A stretch of 63,106 bases of DNA, filler included, from Phoronis australis (GCA_002633005.1; 5 parts of 5 records of this genome joined end to end with filler, not necessarily neighbours in it); one strand, 5' to 3'; positions 1 through 14,865 are shown, numbered from the whole stretch's first letter. Notes: generated from the letters alone by a model not told the origin. Made by a program: numbers and translations.

Positions 1-1585
1 GCCTACATTCTAACTTGTATTTTAAAAAACTAGGGTTTGTCAACAACCGAAAGTATATATTTTCTGAAAGAAAAAAAGGTCAGGGAAAATAAAATGTTAT
101 ATTTATGTACCATTTTTATTATTATTATTATTATTATTATAAATACATTACCATCTTTTAAAGTCTAAATTTCATTTAAAGAAAGGTACATTCTTAGCAA
201 AATAATCCCTCAGTCGATTTTAATGAAACCTTTTTAAATAAAAACTTTGCCAGTTACCTCAAAAACACTTAAAGTGTACACAACATGACTCTAGTACCTT
301 AAAATAAATTTTATTATTATATCTTACTTGATTTCAGTGCCTTTAGTGCACAGCTCATAAAGAAACACGCAAAAATTGAAAAAATCATAATTATGTACAA
401 CGTCATGGGTTGAACCCAAGTCGTTCGCCATACTGTTCGGATCAGAGACAAAGTGTATAGAGTGAAGAGAAAGCAAAGTACATTTAGCGTCGAGAAGGTT
501 CGTAGCTGAGGGTTCAAAAGATGTGTTTCCGGAGGTTTCAGCAACAGCAGCCAGGCGNACCACCAAGACCAGCAAGTCGTATATTGTAAAAAAAATCGCC
601 GTGGCCAAGAAATATTCATTCGGGGACAGTCTGATGGATGCTGTCATTGACAGGGTGGAGGAAGGTAATACCTTTTGAATATACAACTTGACAATGTAAG
701 CATACCTTGGATATTCCCTCATAGCATAAACCATTGTTTTGTCAGTAGTGACTTTTTTAAATAAACCATCTAATGGATAACTCATACTTTCTGCTTTGGT
801 CCCGAAAATGAAGGATCATTCGAGGTATACTGTGTGACATTGTTTAACCAGCTACTCAATTTTTTTTAAATAAATAACTACTTCTGTGAAGGAGCACTGG
901 GTGAAATTGTAGAACTTTGTATACATTTTAGAAGAGAATTTCATTTTGATTTCTGGCTTGCCTCCAGTTTTGTTCGGCATTTTCTTAATATTGGTTAGTT
1001 TTAAAATCACTTCTTTAATTTTTATCAGAAAACTTCTTTTTTGTAGCATGCCAGAAAGATTGCATCGAAGTGCCCGAGTTAGCTAACCGATCAATTGGAA
1101 GTGAGGAGAGGCCATCTAAAGAAGAAGCCATCAGCAATCATGTGCCACGATTCAGAAACTGATGGTCATCTGTTCACATTATTAGTTGCCTCTTGGAATA
1201 GAAATCATAAAACAATGAGACAATTAGTGTCAGATACAGAAAAGCAACAAGCAAAACCAACGAGGCTGACCTGTCTACTAGCAAATGGGTTTTGTAGTCT
1301 TTAAAAGTCCCTGAAGCTGAATTGTGTAAATGCAGCAGTTATGTTTTCTTATATTAAAATGACTGCAGAGATCTGATGTGGTTATACAGGTATTTATTAA
1401 AACAAGTTCTTAAATGTTGATGAAACTGTATGATAAAGTTCTGAAATCTATGTACAAAAGGCTATGGTAGTAAAACTGTTGACATCAATGTAAATAATTA
1501 AAAACTATGTCATTGCTACAGCCTGGTGTCAGACATGGGATCACTGTTTCCTTGGTATTCACACTTTGGTGTAAGAAATCTCTTA

Positions 1586-2360
1586 GGGCTGTGCCAGTAA
1601 AATGTATGTTGTACTCATTACTTTAAAATTCCTAATATAGGGAGCAACACGTGTAAACAAACTGCCTCTAGGTCACATATCATGATCTGTTACTATGTGT
1701 CTTGTCATATAACGAAAGCTGGAGCAGCCAATAGGGTGGTCAAATTGAAACGAAAATTGACTGCTGTCAGTGCATCAATCACGGACATATATCTTTGTGC
1801 CAAATTTCATCCAGTTGTGCCTAGCAGTTTTTGTGACATCAACCTGTCTTGTCAAAAAGCAATGGTAGCCAAATGTGTCCAGAAATCGACTGGTGCAGAT
1901 GCATTCTTATCATATACATGTACCTCTGCATCGAATTTGATTGTGATCTGTCAAGCAGTTTTTGAGAAACACCACACACAAAAAAATGGATTGTCATAAA
2001 GTAAAACCGCCAGCATGGATTACCACATTAGCCAAATCTGTTCTCAACATTTGACTGGTGCTGGTGCATCCCCGCCAAGTACCTCTATACCAAATTTCAT
2101 CATGATCTGTCAACTGCTTCTTGAGATAATTGACAGGCAAAAAATGGCAGGCCCACGGAATATTGGAATTTGTCTATATGACTCATAATTGTTATTAAGA
2201 AATTATCAAGAATTTCTAAAATGCGTTAAAACCAGTTCAATGTTGCAGTAATTTTCATTCTAATTTGGTTGCACAACAGGTGTCTGCTATCAAGTTGTCC
2301 ACCCATTAATATTTTTCATCTGCCTTCCCCCCTAACATACGGATTTTACTGGAACAGCCC
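1586..2360. mobile_element. PIF/Harbinger-like non-autonomous element (MITE)
   Basis: TTA|GGGCTGTGCCAGTAAAATGTATGTT ... AACATACGGATTTTACTGGAACAGCCC|TTA: ~25-bp TIR and 3-bp TTA TSD; internal CCAAATTTCAT repeats. Confidence 0.75.
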
Positions 2361-4379
2361 TTACCGATTGCAATGACACAGCATGTCGATATTACTTGTC
2401 TGTTTCTTCCTCCTATTCTACTGTAGATTCAACAACCTGCTAATAAAGAGTTAACAGCTACAAAGGCAGCCTCTATGAAAATGCCAAACAACCGATAAAA
2501 CCTAGCTCTACATACATGTAACACCTATGATGGGTATATAATGAATAGTAAGGCTTTTCACTTACACAAGAGCAATGTATATTGTTGAAATGCACCTATA
2601 ATTGCACCGCAACCGTACATATGCTTCTAGGGGTGTTCATCGGTATCACGAAGTGGCCATTAGATGGTTCATAATGGGTTATACCTCGCAAAAAATAGGA
2701 AGGTGGTGTCGTCTCTCTCATAGACTAGGTTTAGGAAATCCAGAAGCCCAGACAGATGATGGCAATATGCACACACATATGAATATGCGGACGCAGAAAA
2801 ATGAACCACAAATGGCAAAATTGTAAAGGTCCACCATATAATAATGCTTCACTCATGGGTGCTATGCAAATGTGTAAATCACAATGAAGGTCCACACTTT
2901 CAGAAATAACGCATGCTTGGGAATTGTTCCAATGGAACTCTTGAACAGCATCCTGCCCGATAAACAAATTAATTTCAGCAAAATCTAACAATAAATACTT
3001 TGTCTATTGCAACATTGCCATTAATTTCAGCAATATACTTGTACCATGCTTTAGGAATAAAAGTGGTGCTGTCTGAGAGTCTCGAAACAATATCCAACTG
3101 TATGGACACTTTTCCACAGTTCTCATTTTATATCACATCATCATGTACTTTAAAACTTTATATGTCAAAGCATAGAGTAAACCCAATAACTTTAGCCTGA
3201 AAATGATCAAGACTTATAACCAATGTAATGACCATGAAGATGTTTTAAACACAGCATTATTTTTGTTAATCATTATACACAAGTGGGTCATTGAAAACTG
3301 CAGATTAATGACAAGTATGAGTCACTTTTTAGTGCCACACAACTCCAACACTGACCGTCAAAATGTATTATTTATTACTTTTTAAAGTTAAAAACAATTA
3401 AGAGTATAATTTTTGTCATTTAAAGTGCCTGTTTCGTTGAGAGTTTGTATTATTTTAAGTTTACCAGTTCTGCCCTCTGTTGTTTATTTTATGTTTCAGC
3501 TTGGCTACGCCACATTTATTGTTTTACAATAACCTATGTCTTAGCCAGGACGAAATTTACAGCTACCCTGAGCTTTTCTCACTTGATTCTTGTAGAGGAT
3601 GGATGTGTTTCAGTTACCTGCCAGTTTTTCAGTTGAAATATATGTCGCAGCGTTCAAGAAAGTAAGTTTTTTGTTGGCTTATTAGTTGTATTGCAGTGTA
3701 GGTAATATTGTAATTTCTGACTTTTCTTATATTTAATAGGGGTAATTCTTTGGCAGTGAAGGTTCTCGTTTCAGAGACACCTGTTTTCAGAGGTGTAGTT
3801 TAGATTTCTTTTGACAGTTGGCGCTCTTAGCAGTACCTTTATTTCCGTTCACCGTGTGGCGCTGTGGTTTGTTTATTTACATCCGGTTTTTGATTAGCGG
3901 GTTTGTGGCTGATATATGAGTTTGAATTGTACTTAGGGTTTTCATGACAGGTTTTGGATATTACTTACTAACTTACGTTGGTTTATTTGCTATGTCATGC
4001 AGAGATTATTATTTCTTGTATTTATGGTGATTTTTGGTTTGTTTTCAGATTGAACTTCTTCTTCTTCTTCTAGACTTATACTGATGTCTGATGTAAAAAT
4101 AAAGTTCCAATTTTAACGCTGCTCCTGTTTTTTCACCCTGTGCGTGATCCAGTGCCTAATTGCCTTCATTTAAAATTCTGAGGCTATTCAATGGTAAAAT
4201 TCAGGATTCGTGATAACAATACCCACTCTGTTCAGTTATGAGATTTGTTGGGTGAATACTAGTGATCGAATATACTGTCAATCAACACAGAAACTTGAAG
4301 TTAAAAGCCTCCAACATCAGATTTCAACTCGCGAGGGCAGTATGAACATTTATATATATTTGGCAGGGGGGCAGACACC

Positions 4380-4726
4380 AAAAACAGACTTGAAAAGAGT
4401 AAAAATGGCCACTATGTGGTGCAAAATACCTAGAGTCCATCTGACAATGAAAGGATACCTAGCGTCTCACTAATAGATGCCTATCTGCCATGTTTTATAA
4501 AAATAAGTTGAGGAACTCTGAAGATACAGAGGAAAATTTAAAATTACCACTAGGGGGTACACCAGTACTGGGATAGGCATTCATTTTGTTAGCATCCATC
4601 GTAAGCTTCATAGAAATACATATGCCAAATCTCATCAAGATCCTATGAGGGGTTTAGGAAGATACAGCGGCAGACGACCACTGATGACGGCAATGTGCAC
4701 CCACATATGTGGGCGCATAATAAAAA
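4380..4726 (+). mobile_element. Helentron/HINE-like non-autonomous element 3' part
   Basis: CCAAAT(T/C)TCAT-type internal repeats ending in hairpin TGCACCCACATATGTGGGCGCA + TAATAAAA; related diverged end at ~2725-2802. Confidence 0.4.
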
Positions 4727-5438
4727 TCCTTTTAACCTAACATTTTTAGGTAGGAAACTGTCGGTGATCAACGTTACTCACTTAACAAGTAATATGTCAT
4801 TTATTAAAATCATGGTATGAACAATGCAACTTTGTTTCTGCAACACAAGATAGCATGTTTTATGGTCATTTATTTGTCTTTCATGATGATAAGTGCCATA
4901 TTGTTATTTAAAAGGCAATGTTTTCATTTGCAATCACCATTTATGTTAATGAAATTCACTTGAGGGTACGAATTTCATTTTTTTAGCCTTTGGCCCTTTA
5001 CCAACATACTTCAATAGAATTACCAAACTTTTGGTTTGCTTGAATATTGAATAACTTGCTGTGTTGCCTAGGCTAAAGTATTCTGGTGTTTTGTTTTAAC
5101 TTTACTTTTTACAGTCCATTGCTGTAGGTGAGGCTAAAAACACAGAAATAACAAATTTTGCAACCTCATCCAGTTTTAGAAAAAAAAATTACAACTTCTG
5201 AATGATGAAGTACAACATCATCTAAGAGACTCTGAGAGTGATTTGAGTTATTCCTAATCAAATCNNNNNNNNNNNNNNNNNNNNNNNNNNNNNNNNNNNN
5301 NNNNNNNNTTAATTAATTAANNNNNNNNNNNNNNNNNNNNNNNNNNNNNNNNNNNNNNNNNNNNTCTTATTGTATTTGTTCTTTGAATGGCCATATTGCT
5401 TTCCTCAAACCAAAAAGTGTATCCTACTGTTGAACATT

Positions 5439-5566
5439 TGAAGGTATCATGTCAGCTTAGACATCTTATCAGCACTGTCTAAAGCTTTATTGTTCGTGTC
5501 ATGAAGGTATCATGTCAGCTTAGACATCTTATCAGCACTGTCTAAAGCTTTATTGTTCATGTCATG
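5439..5566. repeat. Tandem duplication, 2 x 63 bp
   Basis: TGAAGGTATCATGTCAGCTTAGACATCTTATCAGCACTGTCTAAAGCTTTATTGTTCRTGTCA twice. Confidence 0.85.
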
Positions 5567-5744
5567 GAAAGTTATTAGTATTTTCTGGTTTCACTAATTA
5601 TAAATGTTTGACACTTTTGTAGGTGACTCAAGAAATCAGTGACAAGTCAAGAATTTTTAAAGTCCTAGGCACGGACAGGTAAGATATAATCATGGGTGAC
5701 ACTAATGTTGACGATGACAACTATGTCTGGATTTATATGACATT

Positions 5745-5842
5745 TGTAGTCATAGTTATGTAGCAGGTAAGATTTGTAGAGTCATGGTTATGTAGCAGGT
5801 AAGATGTGTAGAGTCATAGTTATGTAGCAGGTAAGATTTGTA
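5745..5842. repeat. Minisatellite, about 3 x 32 bp
   Basis: GTAGAGTCATRGTTATGTAGCAGGTAAGATKT units. Confidence 0.85.
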
Positions 5843-6259
5843 CTCTCCACAGTGAGGCATCCTTATTTAACTAAACTTATTTAACAATTTAATCTGCTGC
5901 TATTCTTTAAACATGAACCGAAGCTGGACATTAGAAAATGTTGATTTTATGTGGTTGACAAATTAAGTCTTGGTAAAACTGTTGCGTCTGTTCAGGCTTT
6001 GGCCTTCCCTTATGTTGATCCTCTGGCTATGCTACAAGCGGGTGAAAACATGCTTTCAACTGATGTGGAAATCTGTTGCCGGTTGCTTGAAACAGTCCCA
6101 ACAGAGACTCCACTCCATTCCCTAAATTTTGTGTGCATTTCTAGTCGTTGTTTACTCAATAATATTATATTTTCCACCACTTTAGCTTTATTGTGACATT
6201 TTCTGTTAATGTATGTGAAAACTGAGCCCTTATTTCAATGCAAATGGATAAAGTACTTA

Positions 6260-7752
6260 CTGTATTCACCATAATAAGTGCCCAGGGTGCTTAGAAAAAT
6301 TTGTTTCAGGAGTGGGGAGGTGCTTATTATAGCCTAAGCCGTTGAAACCTAGTCTTTGAAACGGCTAAAATTTTTAAGCTAGCATTCATCAAATTTACGC
6401 TCTGTGACGTATCTGTAACCTATGACAGGTTTTCTACAAAATTGTGGTGCATTGCTATCAAGCTTTGTTGTTAAATTATGATCAATTTTCAGAAAATTGT
6501 GCTAAAATCCCAGGGCGAAAACTCGCCGACTCATGCGTCGCTACCTCACGATCTTCAATAGAGCAACTTTAATTCTTGAACGAAAATACAGTTTCGACTC
6601 AACAAATTACCTGTGAAGTCCTTAAGTTTTCAAAGTAGCGTCTTTGAGATTTTTAAGTTCCTTTGGAGTCGGCATTAACTGCATATTAAGTCCAAATCTG
6701 CGCAACATGAGAAAAATCTCTGAATGAACACACATGTTGTTGCCATGTGACGTTTGTTTTAAAGTTCGTCTGCGTATTGTGAGAGTGAGCCAGTGCGTGT
6801 GTGTCATCAGAGCTCATTTGACAGAGTAAACGCAATGTAACGATCTACTAGGTGTGCATTGTAACTTAAGAAATTAACACAAGCAGTAAAGCAGAACATG
6901 TTTTATTTAGCATTTGTTGTTCTCATCTGCTAAAGAACGTTCGAGAATTGTCTCGGTGAGTCGCCGGGTGACTGGATACGTGACAGTCTAACAGTTTTCC
7001 GGGAGATTCGGGGGGTGTAAGGGTTCGGAATTGTTCACTATCAGTGGGATATTTTGACTTTAAAAACATCAATTGTGATTAATTAAATAATTCCTCCTAA
7101 AATTAACAAGAACGTTTTTACGGTATCAGAAACTTGCGGAAATTAGTGCCAATATTTATTTCTTGCCGATGCTATGCTACCCGTTTCGTGAATAGATAGT
7201 TCCCGGAGACTAATGACTTCGATGACAAGTACATGTATGTAGCGCGCGAGCTTTCTGGCCACGTGCTATTAACATAGGTCAAATTTTTATTATTCCGTCG
7301 ATTCGCGGTTTTCACTTGTACAAAGAAATTTGGATTCCTGTTGAGAGAGGTCTTTAAGGGAAATATACAAAACAATCCCTTTGGCAAGTACGCTGTGTCT
7401 GTTTTAAAAGGCCGGCCAGGCCATAATGGGACACGTTCTTTAATCACAAGATTAGCAAAACTTTTGCATTATTTTTAAAGCACGGTGGAAGTTTGAAGTG
7501 ACAAATCACGGTTAAATATGAACATAGTGGCGAGGCTCGTGGTCTACAAATTACGTGCTCATTAGACAATGACTTTCTTCAGGACTGTCTGATCTTATTG
7601 ATAAATTGAAGGCGTTACTGTAGAATTTTAGAACTGTAGGGAAGGCATTTTTCACATGTACACGTTCATGGACTGGGTGCTTATTTTAGCGAAGTCCGAA
7701 AACGCATGGGGGGGCGCTTATAGCGGCATGGGCCCTTTTAAGGTGAATACGG
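6260..7752. mobile_element. Tc1/mariner (pogo-like) non-autonomous element
   Basis: TA|CTGTATTCACCATAATAAGTGCCCA ... TGGGCCCTTTTTAAGGTGAATACGG|TA: imperfect TIRs with TA TSD, no ORF. Confidence 0.7.
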
Positions 7753-10700
7753 TAGTCCTTAAATTAGGGTTGTTTCATGGAAAGGTACCTGTTATTATGA
7801 ATTCAACGTAGAGTTTAGTTTCACTGTGTATCTAAGTTATAACTTGTAGCAGTGAAGAAACAATAGAAGACAAAAGGATGATCAATGTCTACATGAAGTC
7901 CACAAATGCGTTGAAAATTTAAGGGATGTGGTTGAGTCCCTATTGGGACTCTTCATGCAACCGGGCAATGGAGTCTGTTGCACCTCGGTTGTTGTTGATT
8001 CATGTCACGTCTTGGCCTACTAAGTAGCTTTTCTAAAATGTAGCAATATGTTTCGGCGGTAAAACGTCCACCGTTGTCAAGCTTTATTCAGGGAATGGAT
8101 GTCATAATGGCTACAGGTACAATTCACAGAAAATTCCGAAACGCGCAAAAATACCAGAAACAGGATTGACTAGTAATCAGGGAACTGAATCACAACTCAG
8201 TGTAACAGTCACAGTCCTGTTTTTTGAAATATCTCTTGTTACTTATCACGTGCGAAATTGTAATTCAGTTTATATTGCGCGTTTCATGCTGTGATGGCTT
8301 TGAATGCCAGACTTGTATGGTGGAAATTATTATTGTGTCTGTCTGTCCGTCTCAGCATCTGATGTTTGCTCTTGAATCTCTAAAACCAGTTGATGGAAGT
8401 TTGTGAAATTGTTACCACTGCTGTTTTTGCTGTTCCCTTCTCTATCTGTTAAGCCATTTGAAGGATCTTGAAATTCAATAGATATCAGGTGAGCATGGCT
8501 GACATTGATGCTCAGGTGGGTCCAACTAGTGTGGTACCCCCTTTTGAATTTGTTTTTGTCTGTGCCTTGATATCAGCTTAGTTTCTTTATGGATCTTCAT
8601 GAAATTTGTTCCAGTTAGGAGAGTACGGCTGACATTGATTTTTCTGACAAGTCCAATCGTTTTAGCATTTCTTTGCGGCAATTTAGGTTTTCTTAGCTTA
8701 TTCCTCAATATTCACCAACATGGATGTTCGTAAATCAGGAAAATAAGTTTCTGCAAAGGAGACGACGGCACCAGGCTTGTTTCAGGTGGATTTTTCAGTA
8801 TTGGAATGAATGTTCATAGCTGGCGCCATTACATGGTATAGAAAGAAAGTTGTTGCCTGGTTGTATTTGAAGACCTACCTTTTCAATGCTGTGCCCCCTA
8901 GTGGCAGTATTGTTTTGTTGGTGTTCACTCTTTCTGCATTGCCTCTTGAGTTGTCTTTGTAAAATTTAGAATGTGCATCTTTTTGTCTGTCGCACTGCTT
9001 GATCTGTATTCATGGTACTATGTTTTCGTTAATGATATGATTCAATCACCAATTTTTGGAATGTTAAAATGACCATCATCCCTTGTAGTTGTGCAGTATA
9101 TAGAGACTCACAGGCTACATTTCAATGCTTTGCTTTGCTCTTGTACAATAGTTGTGGAATGTCGGATGCTCATTCAGCCCTGCCATGATGTGACTGTAGT
9201 CTTTCTGACACAACCATGACTGTCTTAGTTCAGTTACTGTACAATTTAGGTATTTTTATAAATACTCTTCACTAGTGTTGAAAGTGGAGGATTGTTGCAT
9301 AACGCTAAGGTGAATGGTCTATGATAGACAAGTAATATTTGTGGTGACACTTTAAGTACCCTAGTGAATCTTAAAGGCCATTGATTGATTGTGCAATTAT
9401 TGATGAACCTCAGAGCTTGCTAGGGCTAGTTACATACTTCTACTAATGGTGTCTAATTATAACTGTACTCCCTTCTTGTTGTGGATGACTCTTGAATGTG
9501 CTACTAGTTGATGTCTGTATATCCGTCTTCACTGGTATCTGATATCCCTTAAGTGAGTGTTAGATGCCAGCTCCTAATAATGATTGGAAAATACTGATCA
9601 CAATTTCTAATGCAATGTTGGGTTTGGGCTTTTACCAAGTTTAGTGACCAGACATTGATATTAGCTAATTTACATGCAAAGTTCAAACAAAAGTGTATAA
9701 AAATGCAGTTTGTTATTCACAGATGAGCAAATTGTGTGGGTTTGAGTGCTGAAATTCTCTGTAAATAGATGTTTAAATGAACAAGAACTATAATAACCCG
9801 CTGGTGTATGTCGATCTTGAGACAAATGACAGGAAACTTTGAAAGTTGTCCTATCACATTCTCAATCAAGTCCTGTAAAAATAAGATTTTTTTACATGGA
9901 CATTTAAGTGAAAATGGTCAAAATTCAGGGCTTGTTGGTAGCGGAAGACTGGACCTCACCGACACATGGACATTGAAAACAGTACATTTTACTTGCTGTA
10001 TTGTTTGTCCTCCAGTGGTCGTAGAACAGTTTTGGCATTCTGGGATGGCAGTAGCATTGCAGTGTGTCATTAGACATGATGCTGTACCATACAACACATT
10101 TTACATACTAGTTACATTGCACAATACATAGTTTGCCTGTGAAATTTTTTAATGTCTTAGCGGTAGACAGTCTACCGTTGGATAAGAACAATTAGGGCAA
10201 CATCAGGTCATTTAGTCAAATACGGTGAAAGTTACCTGGTAGGAAGTGGTGAATACAAAATATAAGGAACTTGAAATTGGAATAACCTTTCACTTGTACA
10301 TGGCTATGGGATTGTAAGAACCTCACAGGGATCAGTTTTCGTTGATGCTGACGCAAATGAATGTTAGTGTTGAAGGTATTATGTTATGGGAAGAGATGTT
10401 AGAATTTCTCCTTGTTCAGAATGCTTGCGAAATACGTATTTGTATTTTGTTAGCATTTTGGTCATTCTGCAGCAATCAGTTTGTTATGTATTATTGTCTG
10501 AGGGTTGATTGTTTTCACATTACAATTTATTTTGTTCTCAATGATTTATTTTAACTTTTTAAGCACCTATAGGAAATGTGCGATATGTAACTTGAAGGGA
10601 TTGATTTAACATTTATGGTACATTTCAAGAGTAGTCAATGCACATTTATGTTGTAGGTAATTTATTGCCATTGATTTCATAAACTTTGTCCTCTACTGTG

Positions 10701-11073
10701 ACTAATAATAAAGAAATACCTAATGAGTGCCCTGACCTCTCACATACCACTTGGCTTATCCCCAACTTAATGAAATGTAAAGTGCACAGTGTCAGCAAGG
10801 TTGTTGACTTGTTACCATGACAACAAAATTTGTTATGACAGCTGTGTCCATAGCAGCCCTATTGCTTTAACAGCTTACATCAGAGGCTCAGGCTTGATTG
10901 ATTCTGGCTAGAGATAATCAACAGACAAGCCTATGCCAATATTACCCATGTTTGTTTGTAAATTTGCTCTTTCAATACACTGATCAATAACTGTCCTGGG
11001 TGTAGGGTCTTTGTTCAGTACACTTGCCTGTCATGTGACCATGTGTCAAGGGCAGTATTGGTTGATGTTTTAT

Positions 11074-11107
11074 CAACACAACACAACACAACACAACACA
11101 ACACAAA
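11074..11107. repeat. (CAACA)n microsatellite
   Basis: caacacaacacaacaca... run. Confidence 0.85.
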
Positions 11108-14100
11108 CTCCTTCGATCCCCCCTCCCTTCCCTTGAGCTTCTTTTTATTTGCCCATTGTTAGCCTCCAGTGTTTATATGAATTAGACATGTTACTTGTAC
11201 AGCATTGTTTGACTAGGCCTCGGGGCAATGACTGCCTGCTGAACTTATTGTTTTTCAGTAGAGTGCTATACAAAAGTCTTTTATGTGTTTTATGTTATAG
11301 TAAAGATGGATTTTTAGTTAGAATGTTTCAATTGGATGTCACGCATCGGTCACCCATTGTTTTTATGGACATGATGACCATTGTCTTGTGTAGGTCATCG
11401 GTCAGAAAGTCTCTGGGTCAACCGCCTGTCCCAGTGAACGGCTGGCCACCGTTGTTGAAAATCAATTGGCTCTGTAATTAGTCAATTGAGTGGAAATTGA
11501 GAGTGTAATTAGTTGGACATTGTTTGCTCAACCAGCCCACAGGAATAAGACTTGAATTAATAATAGAGAATTTGACGTCATATTTTATTCAACAAGGCTT
11601 TATTGTTGCTTTTCCAATTCATTGAATGAAAGTCAAACCAAGCTGCCCATCATCTATTTTTCCATTGCTTAGTGAATGGTCTCGTGGACAATCCATTGAA
11701 ACAGTCGACAGTATTAAGATCAAAATTAATAGAACTCTATTGCAGATCGGTATAATTTAGGTGTGATGTTTGGTTCTAAGGCCTTGCTTCATACTGCTAT
11801 GTCATGTCTCCTACCTGAAATTGTCCTCCGAACTTTGTGTGTTTACCTAACTTAAGACAACTACTTGACGATTTATTTCCGTAGCTATATGTAGATGTAC
11901 CCTATATGGGTTTACTATTTTGTTTTGTTTCATTTTAACGATTTATTTGTGCTATGTTTACCTGTTGCCTAGATATTATGTTAATTTGATATGTGTGCAA
12001 GAATGTTATCCATTGTCTTTACTTATATTTATGTAGTAAATTAATAACAGTTCTGTAATGAAATCCCTAAGCATAGCCTGAGATTGACATAATAGCAGGA
12101 AACGTGAAGTAACAAGCAGGTGGTCGCATTTTCCCAAATCGTATTTCCGATGTTGTAATTAAGTCTGAGCAATGCAACGATAACATGCCATGCTCGATCT
12201 TGTCATAATCATTTTCACTGCAATAAAAATCATGGTTATATCCCAAAGCAGCTTTGAACTGTTGATTTCTGTTTTGTCCCATCATGAAGAAAGTGTTGTT
12301 CCCAAGGCTGTGCATGTACTTTCTTTGTTCTTCATGATGCCCCCCTCCCCTCCCTTCCCCCCTCTTAGTGAAGAGAATGGCTTCCAGTGTTAATGAAAAT
12401 TTGGAAATTACGGAAGAAGTCTGTGACACTGACAGATTGTGTGCTGTTTTAAAATGTGCTTATTTTAATTAATATTTATTCTCTACTGTGTGTTCTAAGT
12501 CGATGTAATGGCGCCTTACATCAAAAACGGATTTAATATTTGGACCCCTGTACCATTATATGACCAATCTCTGTTTGTTTCTCAGACTGAAGGTTATTTG
12601 TGGGCTTTGGAATAAGGTATAGTTCGTTGCCTGGCTCAGACTTGTTATTGTGAGTTAATAGTCCGAGCATGGTCTTCAGCTATAGTTCAGTTCTTCCCAA
12701 GCTCAAAAACCTCTTATCATCTGAGTAAGAATCAAAATGAGGTCAATTTAAAATTGATCAGGTTAGGATCACTTGAAACATCTTTAAATTACAGTTTGAA
12801 AAGTTACAAACACGTTAGACAAAGCTCTTTAGATCAACGCAACAGCTCTCCATCAACCTAGTAAATTTGCCTCACCTGAGGACATGAATGGAAAACAACA
12901 TAGATTTATCCATGTGTGTCCATGGTGGCTGCAGCAACACTTGCTAAAAACCAGCTGTTTAATTTCTGAGTTACATAAAGACTGTGTTAACCACAGAGTA
13001 GCACAGGTTCTTCAAAATGACTTGTGTATGGAATTGTCTTCAGTTTAGTCTGTGTTTGATGTCAGCAGCTTGTCGATATCAGCATATCAGTATAAAAATA
13101 CAGTCAAGTCAATGCCTCCAGTTGGTTCTCATCAAAAGTTAATTTTTTGATGTGATGCCGGTTCAAAATCACTATTAAGTTCTCCAGCAACACATGCAAA
13201 ACTTTAGAGCTGTGCCTTGAACCATTAAGGAATGAGGGCGTTTAACCTAGTTATGTTAACCAACACCAGCTTATCTTTCTTGTATCGCACATAAAGTGGT
13301 TCACTTCCCAGTTTGGCCACTAGCGTGCACTGTCAATGAACTGTTCTTTGGACCCAGTGCATGTGGTTTTCTGTTTTTTGCACAAGAGGTCCCTCTTTCA
13401 AGAAGAGGTCACCACTGTGACAATGCACAAGCTGACTAATTGTCTTCTCTGACTTTTGACAACGTAGTAACAAAGTGAATTTTCTTAAAATTGCTGTTTA
13501 TTCACAGCCACTTTTATCAAGGGTATTTGATTGTTTGAGTTTTTAAGTTACGAAAATGATTGGCTTGACAACACTATGTTGGTTTTGGATAAGACAGATG
13601 TCACCTAATCACTTTTNNNNNNNNNNNNNNNNNNNNNNNNNNNNNNNNNNNNNNNNNNNNTTAATTAATTAANNNNNNNNNNNNNNNNNNNNNNNNNNNN
13701 NNNNNNNNNNNNNNNNTTTCTACCATTTTAGCACACTTTTTGGCTCTCAAGCATATCCCGGGCCTGCTGTAAGTCTAACGTTAGATATTTCGGCAAAAAT
13801 CGCACACAGCTACAGTTAGCACTGTCATAACTATATTTCTTAATTCCGCCACAGTATTGCATACTTGGAAGTTACTTTTGCTAGGTGTTATCCCAAATTA
13901 ATCCACAATAGTTGTTCATTATCAAATGCCTCATTTCCTCCCCAAGGACAGTTCCGTCAACACAAAACGTTTCTTTGCCATTCTTCAAAATTCGTGTACA
14001 TGCACTTGCTTCAACGGACCAATAGCCGTGGCTGGAATGTCGGCAGCTTCACGACTAAGACTACAGCTAATTCCTGTTGAAATTCTTCATACTTCAAAAT

Positions 14101-14563
14101 TCTTCTTTGCAAGTGCTGATAATTGCCTTCAATAGTTTTCATAATAAGAGACTAGAAATTCGAGTTATCACACACGCCCACTGGCCTGCTGCTGCCTTCC
14201 ATTTTCACTACATGACAGCGTTTTCCCGTTCAGTGACTTAAAGGCGAAGGCAACCTTTTTCCATTTCATTTTGAGCTAAAATAAGGTTGGTTGGCTATCC
14301 TAGACATATTTTCCACTTAATTACAGCTTTTCGTAATTTTATAAATTACTCGTCCGCTACTCCGGAAGTGACGTTTTAGGAGGCAAGCGTTTCCCGCCAC
14401 TTGGTTTTGCGTTGACTTTACCGTGCGAATCTGATCTATTCTACTTTTGTTTTGTGCTGTTTTTCAACAATTGTCGCCACCACTTTCCACTGCGGCAAGA
14501 TAGGTTAGTAGAGAACTCAACTACGTTGGATTTAGGGATTGTTTAGTGTGTTGCAAGCTGAAA

Positions 14564-14865
14564 GTGGCTGGAGTCGGTGACCCGTATCACAGTGACAGGA
14601 GTGTGAGTGACGGAGACCTTGTTCACAGCAGTGGTGACGAGGAATTTTTTCAAGGACATTCAGTGGGTGGGTACATGTTTGAGCCCAAGTATAACGTGGC
14701 AGAGTACGCACAGGCACAGGCAGCTGTTGAGAGAAACGAGGCGGCTATTGAGGACAGACGTACGTGGTGACACATCTTGGTGCACATGCACTGTGTGCGT
14801 TGTTATGCCTACCTCAATGGAATGCTTTTGCTGTTCAGAGTTCGACGAGGCCAAGCCACTACTGG
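14564..14865 (+). pseudogene. P2X7 C-terminal ballast/nanor-like Cys-rich protein remnant (Kolobok accessory ORF)
   Basis: GYMFEP...DRR, then a 4-bp ACGT duplication frameshift near 14760, then GDTSWCTCTVCVVMPTSMECFCCSE (WCxCxxCxxMPTxxECxCCxE). Confidence 0.75.

Noticed and set aside
5265-5364. Palindromic TTAATTAATTAA inside N runs, repeated four times in the window
   Set aside because: Artificial scaffolding linker (stops in all six frames), not biology
5745-5842. ~32-bp repeats as a possible CRISPR array
   Set aside because: No unique spacers, eukaryotic context, no cas genes
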